64,000 nt of DNA from contig OY764216.1 of assembly GCA_963668315.1 (NCBI GenBank), positions 3,648,001 through 3,712,000 on the forward strand, given 5' to 3'. Of the stretch, positions 53,167 through 62,539 are shown one piece after another. The DNA is from Spirochaetia bacterium (GTDB lineage: Bacteria; Spirochaetota; Spirochaetia; DSM-2461). Under the pieces are notes generated by a model, which was given only the letters and a program-made list of their open reading frames with translations, did not search any database and was not told the origin of the DNA. How positions within the stretch are numbered: position 1 is the stretch's first letter; every line of letters starts with the position of its first letter. The position numbers were made by a program, and so were the translations under genes.

Positions 53167-53203
53167 AGAGGGGCTGTTCCTTTACCCGGGGCAGCCCCTT
53201 TCT
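53167..53203 (+). terminator. Intrinsic terminator after groES
   Basis: AGGGGCTG...CAGCCCCT followed by TTCT. Confidence 0.7.
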
Positions 53204-53240
53204 ATTGTCACGACCGTGACCCTGTGTTATAATCCTTCCC

Positions 53241-54287
53241 ATGAAAATAAAAGGCGGATTATTCCTGATATCTGCAGCAGCGATTGCGTTTTTTATCTCC
53301 TGCGGCACTTCACAGAGGGATTACGTATCCTTGTACGGACTGAAGAATGATAACCGGTCCATGAATATACTCCTGGACAGCATGTTCCACACAGAGGATG
53401 CGGACCGGCGTTTTGCCCTGTGTGACCAGGCAATAAGAAATCTGCAGCAGACCGCTCAGGGCGCTAAACTGATTCTGATTCTGCAGGATTACCTGGATAT
53501 TTATCCCGACGATCCTTATAAGGCCTATTACTACTCCGTCATTGCCGATTATTACCGGGAAAATGATGCCGTCCCCCTGGCAAAGGATTATTATAAAAGG
53601 ATTCTGTACAATACACAGGACCTTATACTGGGAGGAAAGTCCATCCATCTGCTGATTCTCAAGGACTGGCTGTCGGTTCATGAGACCATCGATGAGCGCA
53701 TCACCATCTACAATATGCTCATCGACAATTTCCCCGAACAGGTAAACCTGGGAGAGTGCTATTACTATCTGGCGAAAGCCTATGAAAACAGGGGCGATTT
53801 TGACGATTCCCTCGCCTACTACAATAAATATCTGAATAATCCCGATCATGAGATCCCCGGAGTGGTGGATGCCTATGAAGAGGTGCTGGCTCTTGTCAAC
53901 TTTCATAACTCCGATAAGTCCTGGACCTTCGAGACCCTGGACGATCTTGTAAACGCCGTCAAATACGCTATCGGCAGCCGGAGGATTTACCTTCTGGACC
54001 GCTATCAGTCGGATAATTTTTTCATTCTGAGCTGGAGCCAGAAGATGATGAATCTTGATGAGGATGTCACAATCGGAGACCTTACGAGCTACCAGTACAC
54101 CCGCATCTATTACAGCCCCACCCTGGAAAGTTTTTCCAATGAAAAAGAAGCCTATTTAAAGACATGGGGTTGGTCCTACCGGGTCAAACCCTGGTATCTC
54201 TATTTCAAACAGGTGAACTATCCGCAGGATCCCGAAATAAACGGACGCTGGGAATGGGTGGGTATTTACATGGGCCAGCCCCTCTAA
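53241..54287 (+). CDS. TPR-containing lipoprotein
   Basis: Lipobox FFISC; TPR-like YYYLAKAYE...YYNKYL; C-terminal WEWVGIYMG. Confidence 0.78.
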   Translation: MKIKGGLFLISAAAIAFFISCGTSQRDYVSLYGLKNDNRSMNILLDSMFHTEDADRRFALCDQAIRNLQQTAQGAKLILILQDYLDIYPDDPYKAYYYSVIADYYRENDAVPLAKDYYKRILYNTQDLILGGKSIHLLILKDWLSVHETIDERITIYNMLIDNFPEQVNLGECYYYLAKAYENRGDFDDSLAYYNKYLNNPDHEIPGVVDAYEEVLALVNFHNSDKSWTFETLDDLVNAVKYAIGSRRIYLLDRYQSDNFFILSWSQKMMNLDEDVTIGDLTSYQYTRIYYSPTLESFSNEKEAYLKTWGWSYRVKPWYLYFKQVNYPQDPEINGRWEWVGIYMGQPL

Positions 54288-54308
54288 TAGGAAAAAAGGA
54301 GAATATTC

Positions 54309-55148
54309 ATGAAAAAAAATCTGCCCCTGTTCTTTCTCCTTCTTTTATCAAGTCTTTTCGGAGAGGAAAAACTCTCCCTGGACTACCATGAGGATTGGCT
54401 CAGGGGCGAGATTATCTTCGATATCTCCGTTACCCTCCCCACGGGAGAGATGAAACCCACCAACCGTTTTGTCGCCGAGCAGACTATCGAATCGGAAGCT
54501 CCCGGCCTGATCGCCGATGCCCTGGTCAACTTCAGGGTGGATTCCCGGAACAGCCTCGGTTCCCTCTACTACTCGGACGTCCTTTTTTACAATAAGCTGG
54601 AAGAGCTTATCGGCGGCCAGAATAAGATTTTCAGTAAAACCTCCCCGGACATGAAGGAATTCATTATCCGATACAGCCTCAAATTCTACCCCGACCTGGT
54701 ATCCCTTTTCCTGGCCCATGAACGGCCGGTGTCTCCCGACTATCTGGCGGCGATGGGGGCGGACGACGAGCAGTTCACCGGCCTTGTCATCTACGCAGGG
54801 GATCCCGTTCCCTACCACGGAACGGACGAACAGACCCTGCTCAAACCGGCCCTCTTCCCCACCGTATACGACGAAGACATGAACAGGATTTTCGACAGGA
54901 CCTACATGGAGCCCGAATCCCTTCTTCAATGGGGCATGGTGCAGTACAGCGAGGAGATTCCCGACACATTTCTGGAAACCCGGGAGAGGATAGGAATGAA
55001 ACCCATGAAAATTTCCCTCCGCGAAGTTTATGGAAACAACAGCTGCGACCTGATCATTTCCCGGGAGGACGGCCGCATGATTCTGTCAAGCACCGAGTTT
55101 TCCGACTGGCTGAAGGAAGGTCGGGTATTAATCATCATCGGCCGTTGA
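54309..55148 (+). CDS. Hypothetical exported protein
   Basis: Signal peptide; FTGLVIYA, PALFP, DLIIS; RBS AAGGAG. Confidence 0.75.
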   Translation: MKKNLPLFFLLLLSSLFGEEKLSLDYHEDWLRGEIIFDISVTLPTGEMKPTNRFVAEQTIESEAPGLIADALVNFRVDSRNSLGSLYYSDVLFYNKLEELIGGQNKIFSKTSPDMKEFIIRYSLKFYPDLVSLFLAHERPVSPDYLAAMGADDEQFTGLVIYAGDPVPYHGTDEQTLLKPALFPTVYDEDMNRIFDRTYMEPESLLQWGMVQYSEEIPDTFLETRERIGMKPMKISLREVYGNNSCDLIISREDGRMILSSTEFSDWLKEGRVLIIIGR

Positions 55149-55182
55149 TCATCCTTACTTTTTTCTGTAAAATATTTCACCT

Positions 55183-56532
55183 ATGAACAGAAATATTTCC
55201 CTCTCAATTGTTGTCCTCACAACATTGTTATTCAGCAGCTGCCATCGATATTTAGGCTATGGTTTATTATACTGGTCCGATGACGAAGCGGCCGTTCCCA
55301 CCGGAACCCCCCTCAGGGTAATTACTCAGTCGGACATTAATGACATCTATCTTGCCTCCCTCCCCGAAACGGAAGAGAAGAGGGAATTTGCCCTGTGGCA
55401 GGTGGGTCTTTTCGATACCGAGGCGGAAAGGGATGAAGCGCTGGCCGATTTCGAACCCTACGTTTCGGCCTACGCCCAGTGCCAGCAGAACCTTCCCCTC
55501 AGGGAGAGGCCGGATGCTTCTTCGGAAAATATTTATAAACTTCGCGAAGGACAGGTCCTCAAGGTCATAGACAGGGAAGAGGAAGAAGTGCAGATAGGAA
55601 GTATGACCGGACACTGGTACCGCCTTCTGACGGAGGACGGAGTTCAGGGCTATACCTTTGATTACTACCTTACCGTCTACAATGAAAAGGACGGTGAACG
55701 GGAAGTGCTCAACGCCCGCCAGGAAGAGGATATTTTCCTTGAGAATGTTGTGGATACCAACTGGCGACCGGAATACTTCTACGACATGAAGAATGAAAAC
55801 CGTATTGATATGAGAAGCTTCCGCGAGGATTACCGCCTCTATATCAACGGAAAGGAAAAAACGATTTACCTGAAAACGGCGGAAAGGGAAATGACCGCCA
55901 ATTACGAGAAGATCTCCAATACGGCATACAAGAAATACGCCTTTCTCGGCACCACGTTCCGCATCGAGATTTATTCGGAATATCTTCTTTCCATCCAGTA
56001 TAATTACGAAGACAGGGAGTACAAGGAGGCCTTTGTCCGCCTGACGACTCCGGTCAGCGATTTGATAAGTCAGGCACAGGATCAAAGGGATGAGCAGCTC
56101 TTCTCTTTTATCGATAACGGCCCTGTCTATTCCAGCCAGATTTACGGAGACCTGGAATTCCAGGAAGGCGGGCGCTTTACCTGGACGAAAAAATCCGCAT
56201 TAATCTCCCGTCAGGTCGTATCTTCCGCAGCCGGGGATAACGGTCGAATCTCCTTCAACCTTTTCCCCGATAAATCCCTCAAGGGAAAATACGACGGCGG
56301 AATGACTCTGATTTTCTCCAACGGTGAAAGGCTTCATCTGCTCTTTACCCTGAAAGGAAGAGATATACAGCTTCTTCAGATTCCCGACAGGTATGTCGAC
56401 GGCCAATCGGTTGTCACGGCGGACGATTTTTACGATCCCATTTCCATGTTCTTCTCCGCGCCGGAAATCAGTATGGCCGCAGACTCGGCTCCCGGCGAAG
56501 GGACGGATGCCATGGCGACAGAGACTGAATAA
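55183..56532 (+). CDS. SH3-domain lipoprotein
   Basis: Lipobox FSSC; LRERPD...YKLREGQVLKV...WYRLLTEDGVQGYTF. Confidence 0.8.
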   Translation: MNRNISLSIVVLTTLLFSSCHRYLGYGLLYWSDDEAAVPTGTPLRVITQSDINDIYLASLPETEEKREFALWQVGLFDTEAERDEALADFEPYVSAYAQCQQNLPLRERPDASSENIYKLREGQVLKVIDREEEEVQIGSMTGHWYRLLTEDGVQGYTFDYYLTVYNEKDGEREVLNARQEEDIFLENVVDTNWRPEYFYDMKNENRIDMRSFREDYRLYINGKEKTIYLKTAEREMTANYEKISNTAYKKYAFLGTTFRIEIYSEYLLSIQYNYEDREYKEAFVRLTTPVSDLISQAQDQRDEQLFSFIDNGPVYSSQIYGDLEFQEGGRFTWTKKSALISRQVVSSAAGDNGRISFNLFPDKSLKGKYDGGMTLIFSNGERLHLLFTLKGRDIQLLQIPDRYVDGQSVVTADDFYDPISMFFSAPEISMAADSAPGEGTDAMATETE

Positions 56533-58493
56533 TGGCCTATCTCCAGATAAGCGGGATTTCCCTGGCCTTCGGCGACAGAGATATACTCAAGGATATCAAT
56601 CTCAATCTTTCCGAAAAAAGCAGGATAGCCGTAGCCGGGGCAAACGGATGCGGTAAATCGACCTTTCTCAAGCTCCTTTCCCACAAAATGGAGCCGGACA
56701 GGGGCTCCATCATCATCCAGAAGGATGCCACGACCGGCTATCTTCCCCAGTCCGGCCTGGTCCACAGGGGGCGAAGCCTTTTCGAGGAAGCGGAAGCCGC
56801 CTATGATGAAATAAAGGAAGAACTGGCCCACGGGGAGGAGATCGGGGAAAAACTTAAGAACCCCCATCTACCGCAAGAGGAGAGCGAAGAGCTGATCGAA
56901 TCTCTCCATCTGATCCACGAGAGAGCCGAAACAAGCGGTTATTACAACCGGGAAGCCTCTATCGGACGGATTCTGACCGGTCTGGGATTCAGCAGGGAAG
57001 ACCTCGAGAAAGAGGCGTCCACTTTCTCCGGCGGATGGCAGATGCGCATCGCCCTGGCAAAGCTGCTTCTCAAGTCTCCCGATTTTCTCTTTCTGGACGA
57101 ACCGACCAACTATCTGGACCTGGAAGCGCGAAACTGGCTCAGGGACTTTCTCTCCTCCTATCACGGCGGTGTCATTCTGGTCTCCCATGACCGCTACTTC
57201 CTTGATTCCACCATAAAAGAGGTGGGAGAACTGTTTCTGGGGCAGTTTAAAATATATAAAGGCACCTATACCCATTATCAGAAGCAGCGCGAGCAGGAGC
57301 TGGAAACCCTGATGGCCGCCTATGAGCAGCAGCAGGAGGAGATTGCCCGGCTGGAAGACTTTATCCGCCGCTTCAGAGCCAAGGCCACCAAGGCGTCCCA
57401 GGTTCAGTCCCGGGTAAAAATGCTCGAGAACATGGAAAAGATTGTGATTCCCGATAATTTACGGAAAATGTCCCTGAAATTTCCCGATCCGCCCCACTCC
57501 GGCCGGATCGTCCAGGAAATGACGGACCTTTCCAAGAGCTACGACGGGGAAAATTACATCATAAAGGATTTCAACTTCACCCTGGAAAAAGGGGAAAAGC
57601 TTGTTGTCTCAGGCGTCAACGGCGCGGGAAAATCCACTTTGATGAGGATTCTGGCGGGAATTGATTCCCGCTACGAAGGTTCGGTCAAGAACGGCACCAA
57701 TGTATCCGTCGGATACTTTGCCCAGGAGCAGGACAAAGAACTTGATCCGGAGCTGACCGTTATCGAGGAACTGGAGAAAAGCGCCCATACGTCCGATATT
57801 CCCAGGCTCAGGACAATGGCGGGGGCCTTTCTTTTCTCCGGAGATGATATCTACAAAAAAGTCTCCTTTCTCTCGGGAGGGGAAAAGAACCGCCTTGCCC
57901 TTTTGAAAATGCTACTCCAGCCCTTCAACCTGCTGATTATGGACGAACCGACGAACCATCTGGACATCCATTCCAAGGATATCCTCCTGGATGCTCTCAA
58001 GAACTATCAGGGCACCCTGATCTTTGTCTCCCACGACCGTTACTTCATAGAACAGCTGGCAGAGAAAGTTCTCGAACTTTCCCCTGAAGGACCGATTCTC
58101 TACCAGGGCGACTACTCCTATTACCTCTGGAAAAAGGAACAGGGCGACAGTGAATCAGAACCCGAACCGGAGCAGAAGAGTACCGCGGAAACCGCGGTAG
58201 CAGCTTCACCGGGGGGGGATACGAAAAGCTCCTTGTCCCGGGAGGATGAGAAAAAAATGAAAGCCCAGATCCGTCGTCTCCGAAGGGAGGAGGAAACTCT
58301 GCTCGAGCAGATAACCGAACTGGGAGAAAAACAGGCAAAGCTGGAAGAGGATCTTTCCAGGCCGGAAATTTATTCGGACGGCGAGGAATCGGCCCGGATA
58401 TCCAGGGAGCTGGAAGCGATCAAGGAAGAAGAGATCGATCTCTCCTACCGCTGGGAGGAGATCACGGAACAGCTTGAGGCCCTGGAGGAGTAA
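56532..58493 (+). CDS. ABC-F family ATPase
   Basis: Two NBDs (GANGCGKST, GVNGAGKST; FSGGW, LSGGE; DEPTN twice), linker and C-terminal coiled coil, no TM. Confidence 0.93.
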   Translation: MAYLQISGISLAFGDRDILKDINLNLSEKSRIAVAGANGCGKSTFLKLLSHKMEPDRGSIIIQKDATTGYLPQSGLVHRGRSLFEEAEAAYDEIKEELAHGEEIGEKLKNPHLPQEESEELIESLHLIHERAETSGYYNREASIGRILTGLGFSREDLEKEASTFSGGWQMRIALAKLLLKSPDFLFLDEPTNYLDLEARNWLRDFLSSYHGGVILVSHDRYFLDSTIKEVGELFLGQFKIYKGTYTHYQKQREQELETLMAAYEQQQEEIARLEDFIRRFRAKATKASQVQSRVKMLENMEKIVIPDNLRKMSLKFPDPPHSGRIVQEMTDLSKSYDGENYIIKDFNFTLEKGEKLVVSGVNGAGKSTLMRILAGIDSRYEGSVKNGTNVSVGYFAQEQDKELDPELTVIEELEKSAHTSDIPRLRTMAGAFLFSGDDIYKKVSFLSGGEKNRLALLKMLLQPFNLLIMDEPTNHLDIHSKDILLDALKNYQGTLIFVSHDRYFIEQLAEKVLELSPEGPILYQGDYSYYLWKKEQGDSESEPEPEQKSTAETAVAASPGGDTKSSLSREDEKKMKAQIRRLRREEETLLEQITELGEKQAKLEEDLSRPEIYSDGEESARISRELEAIKEEEIDLSYRWEEITEQLEALEE

Positions 58494-58499
58494 CTAATT

Positions 58500-59393
58500 T
58501 CAGGAATATTTCCTGATAACCCTTTGAACATCGCTCAGGTAACCGGTTCCGAACAGATTCAGATGATTGAGAAGATGGTAAAGATTATATAGATCCTTTC
58601 GTTCACCGAAGTCCTTCTCTATGGGATAGAGGCTGTGGTAGGAACGGAAAAATTCTTCCGGCGGCATTCCGAAAAGCTGAATCATAGCAAGGTCGGCTTC
58701 GGGATGCCCGTAGTAGGCGGCCGGGTCTATAAGCCAGGCCCTTCCGTCATCCCCGGTCAGAATGTTTCCCGACCACAGATCACCGTGTAGGAGGGACGGA
58801 TGCCCGGGAACGGGAAGATAGTAATCCAGCCGGTCAAGAAGCCGGAGGAGTGTCCGACTCATGGCTCCGTCTATATAGGAAGAGGCCTTGCTTATCTGGT
58901 AATCCAGACGGCGGACTCTGTAAAACTCCACCCAATCGTTCATCCAGCCGTTGGGCTGTTCGGAAAATCCGATAAAATTATCTTCGAAGAAACCGAATCG
59001 GCTTTCCCTGTCCGCCAGATGAAAGCGGGCCAGTTCTTCACCGAATATCTGCCAGAAGAATTCATTCCTGTTCCCGCTCTGCAGGAAAGGAAGAATCAGA
59101 AAGGACTTATCCCCCTCAACGCCGAAAGCCAGAGGTTCGGGAATCCCGATTGTCCCTACCCTTCTCATTTCAAGAAGGGCACGGAATTCCGTTCTGAAGA
59201 AGGGAAGATTTACCCTGGAATTTTCCTTGATGAAGAGATGGGAACCGTCATTCAGCACCAGCTTGAAGGCTTTGTTGATCTCCCCGCCGGTAAGAGGTTC
59301 ACGGTTTATCACCGCCACCTCATTCCCGGTGATATGCCTTAAGGCTTCAGAAAGGGAATCAAAGGATACAGGCGGGGAAAAATCAGACGACAA
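58500..59393 (-). CDS. Fructosamine kinase family protein
   Basis: GGEIN, FIK, FGFFEDNFIG, LLHGDLWSGN, DPAAYYGHPEADLA, YHLLNHLNLFG. Confidence 0.93.
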   Translation of the reverse strand: MSSDFSPPVSFDSLSEALRHITGNEVAVINREPLTGGEINKAFKLVLNDGSHLFIKENSRVNLPFFRTEFRALLEMRRVGTIGIPEPLAFGVEGDKSFLILPFLQSGNRNEFFWQIFGEELARFHLADRESRFGFFEDNFIGFSEQPNGWMNDWVEFYRVRRLDYQISKASSYIDGAMSRTLLRLLDRLDYYLPVPGHPSLLHGDLWSGNILTGDDGRAWLIDPAAYYGHPEADLAMIQLFGMPPEEFFRSYHSLYPIEKDFGERKDLYNLYHLLNHLNLFGTGYLSDVQRVIRKYS

Positions 59394-59865
59394 GGGGCTT
59401 TATGCTCCCCAGAAGGGATTTGCAGGTACGTTCTGCAATGGAATAGACTTTTTCGAAACCGGAAGGCCCGCCGTAATAAGGATCGGGAACTTCAAGGCCT
59501 TTGCCTTCGGGATCGTAATCCCGGAACATCTTTACTTTTTCCAGATGGGCTTTGTTGGTGATCATTTTTTTAATGTGATCATGGTTTTCCCTGTCCATGG
59601 GAAGGATCAAATCAAAATTATCCAAATCTTCTTTTTTAAATTGCTGTGACCTGAGATGGTCGAGAGAAACACCATGGCTGGCCGCTACCCCCGTCATGCG
59701 GGGATCGGGCATCTCACCCTGGTGGTATCCGCTGGTACCTGACGATTCCACATCAATCAGCTGGTCCAGTGAAGCATCTTTTATCAGTTTTTCAAAGATG
59801 CCGTGGGCCAGAGGGGAACGGCAGATATTACCCAGACAGACAAACATTATCCGGTATTTTTTCAT
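59383..59865 (-). CDS. Low-molecular-weight protein tyrosine phosphatase
   Basis: FVCLGNICRSP, SSGT, MD, VPDPYY. Confidence 0.95.
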   Translation of the reverse strand: MKKYRIMFVCLGNICRSPLAHGIFEKLIKDASLDQLIDVESSGTSGYHQGEMPDPRMTGVAASHGVSLDHLRSQQFKKEDLDNFDLILPMDRENHDHIKKMITNKAHLEKVKMFRDYDPEGKGLEVPDPYYGGPSGFEKVYSIAERTCKSLLGSIKPLVV

Positions 59866-59925
59866 GGGTACGATTATAGGTGAATACCCCTACAGGATCA
59901 AGGGCGGCCGCCCGATATTAGTACT

Positions 59926-60558
59926 ATGAAATTAAAATACAACGCGCCAGTTACCATAACTTTTGCGATGATCTGCACGGCTGTTCTGGCCCTGGATCTG
60001 TATCTTGTTCCGGGCCTTGTGGAAAGCCTTTTCACAGCGGAAGGGTCTCTGACCTTTCGCATCGACTCCATAGCCTCCTATGTCCGGGTCATAACCCATA
60101 TATTCGGCCATGAAAGCTGGGACCATCTTCTCAGCAATATGATGCTGATTCTCCTTCTGGGGCCTATTCTGGAAGAGAAATACCACTCCGGCCCCCTTCT
60201 CTGGATGATTTTCATCACGGCGCTGATAAACGGCCTGGTGAACGGCCTTCTTTTCCCGACAGCCCTGATGGGTTCCAGCGGAATCGCCTTCATGATGATC
60301 CTCCTGGTATCCTTCGCCAATATCAAATGGGGAGAAATCCCCCTGACGTTCTTCCTTGTGCTGATTCTTTATCTTTTGAAGGAATTCCTGGCCATCTACC
60401 GGGGTGACGACATCTCACAGATATCCCACATCATCGGCGGGGCATGCGGAGCGGTATTCGGTTTTTCAAAAACGGTCATTACCCAGAAGAAAAAAGTCCC
60501 CCGGGAAGCACCGGCTCCGGCGAACGGAACCGGCGGTAATATAACCGTGGTGAATTAG
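59926..60558 (+). CDS. Rhomboid-family intramembrane serine protease
   Basis: HIFGH...HLLSN, GSSG (catalytic Ser), SHIIG (catalytic His); about 6 TM. Confidence 0.9.
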   Translation: MKLKYNAPVTITFAMICTAVLALDLYLVPGLVESLFTAEGSLTFRIDSIASYVRVITHIFGHESWDHLLSNMMLILLLGPILEEKYHSGPLLWMIFITALINGLVNGLLFPTALMGSSGIAFMMILLVSFANIKWGEIPLTFFLVLILYLLKEFLAIYRGDDISQISHIIGGACGAVFGFSKTVITQKKKVPREAPAPANGTGGNITVVN

Positions 60559-60607
60559 GAGAAGTAAGCGGCCTCGGAACAGCTTAACTGTCTGTCAGAC
60601 GGCCGGC

Positions 60608-62539
60608 TTAATCTTCCTTTGACTCCAGAGTCTTGGTCTTGATGAACCTGGCGCCGTTGAACTCCTTGGCCTTTATCCTGACTCCCCGCGCTTTGACTCC
60701 CTTTACCAGATAGTTTTCCACGGGGAAGTAATCCGCCGTCTGAATCAGGCTCTTCTGCTTGAAATCAATGACAGCCGACACATCTTCGGCGGTGGTAAAC
60801 TTCACCAGAGTGCCCTCTTCCGGCATTAATTCATAGTTCCGGTTCATAATGAACTGAGTGATCTTGCACCGCTTAATATAGGGATAATTATTCTCCCCGT
60901 TGCGGTAAATCATGGTGAAGACCGTTTCTTCCATGACATCCTTGTCGGCCAGACCGCAGTAAAGCACACCCTTGCCGACAAAGGCCTTATCCATCACCTG
61001 AGTGGCATAGTAGGTTCCGTCTTTTCGGATGATGATAATTTTATCGTAAATGGAACAATCAAAGAGAGACTTGCCCTTGGATACCTCATAACCGAGATAC
61101 CCCGTATCCCCGTCGTAATGCATCTTCAGATTCCTCTGGGCCGCGTCCCGGATATCCACCCTCTCTATGGAGAGCAGCTCCGTTCTTCGCTCAAAGTCTT
61201 TACCCATGCCCTCCAGAACGGATTCCACATAGGAAACGGCATATTCGGTCAAATGACGCAGATGATGTCTGACCTGCTTCAGACGGATCTCCAGTTCCTG
61301 GATTTCCCTTTTCATTTTCTCAATATCATACAGGGAGATACGGCGGATGGGGATTTTCAGAAGATGTTCCAGATCCTCATCGGTGATATTCCTTTTAATC
61401 TCATCCTTAAAGGGGATGAAACCGTCAAGAACGGCTTTGTTGATAGTCTCGGGAGACTTCATGGTTTCAATGTTCTTATAGATCCTCTCCTCTATAAAGA
61501 TTCTCTCCAGGGTCCGGATATGAATCTTATCGAGAAGTTTGCCCTCTTCCAGTTTCAGCTCTTTCCTGAGGATATCCACCAGAAGTCCCGCATGATGCTG
61601 AATAACCTGGGTTACCGTCATCTTGACCGGTTTTTCATCGCTGATAAGGAGCAGATTACAGCTGATGGAGCTTTCGCAGTCCGTAAAGGCGTATAAACCG
61701 TCCACCACGTCATTGGCATGAACGCCGCGGGGCAGTTTAATCTCGATTTCCACCTCCTCGGCGGTAAAATCGCTGATGGCACCCACCTTGATCTTATTCT
61801 TTTTGGCGGCGCTTTCAATGGAGGTTATGAGGCTCTCGGTGGTACAGCCGAAGGGCAGTTCCTTGACGAGGATGCGTTTTTCATCGCTGGTATCGAGACG
61901 GGCCCGGGTGATAACCTTTCCCATGCCGTCCTGATAGTCGGAAACATCCACCAGACCTCCGGTGGGGAAATCGGGATAGAGCTGAAAGGATTCGCCCAGA
62001 AGGGCCGATTTCACCGCTTCCATCACTTCGCGGAAGTTATGGGGCAGTATCTTAGTGGACATACCTACGGCGATACCTTCGGCTCCCAGAATCAATACCA
62101 GGGGGATTTTCGCGGGAAAAGTGATAGGCTCCTTGCGTCTTCCGTCGTAGGAGTCGGTAAAATCGGTAATCTCCGGATTATAGAGGTAATCCTTGGCTTT
62201 GGGCAGCAGACGGCACTCGATATAACGGGCGGCGGAGGCCGGGTCTCCCGTATAGAGGTTTCCGAAGTTTCCCTGACGGTCAATGAGGATCTCCTTATTG
62301 GCCAGGTTTACCAGGGCTTCATAGATCGAAGCGTCTCCGTGGGGATGGTACTGCATACAGTGGCCCACCACATTGGCGACCTTATGGAATTTTCCGTCGT
62401 CCACGTCCATGAGGGACTGGAGAATACGTCTCTGAACGGGCTTCAGACCGTCGTTCAGATGGGGAATGGCCCTTTCCTTGATAACATAGGAGGCATATTC
62501 CAGAAAGTTTTTTTCAAAAAGAGTTCCTATATAGGCCAT
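60608..62539 (-). CDS. parC: DNA topoisomerase IV subunit A
   Basis: DGLKPVQRRI, YHPHGDAS, QGNFG, AARYIE (catalytic Tyr), PDFPTGG. Confidence 0.93.
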   Translation of the reverse strand: MAYIGTLFEKNFLEYASYVIKERAIPHLNDGLKPVQRRILQSLMDVDDGKFHKVANVVGHCMQYHPHGDASIYEALVNLANKEILIDRQGNFGNLYTGDPASAARYIECRLLPKAKDYLYNPEITDFTDSYDGRRKEPITFPAKIPLVLILGAEGIAVGMSTKILPHNFREVMEAVKSALLGESFQLYPDFPTGGLVDVSDYQDGMGKVITRARLDTSDEKRILVKELPFGCTTESLITSIESAAKKNKIKVGAISDFTAEEVEIEIKLPRGVHANDVVDGLYAFTDCESSISCNLLLISDEKPVKMTVTQVIQHHAGLLVDILRKELKLEEGKLLDKIHIRTLERIFIEERIYKNIETMKSPETINKAVLDGFIPFKDEIKRNITDEDLEHLLKIPIRRISLYDIEKMKREIQELEIRLKQVRHHLRHLTEYAVSYVESVLEGMGKDFERRTELLSIERVDIRDAAQRNLKMHYDGDTGYLGYEVSKGKSLFDCSIYDKIIIIRKDGTYYATQVMDKAFVGKGVLYCGLADKDVMEETVFTMIYRNGENNYPYIKRCKITQFIMNRNYELMPEEGTLVKFTTAEDVSAVIDFKQKSLIQTADYFPVENYLVKGVKARGVRIKAKEFNGARFIKTKTLESKED

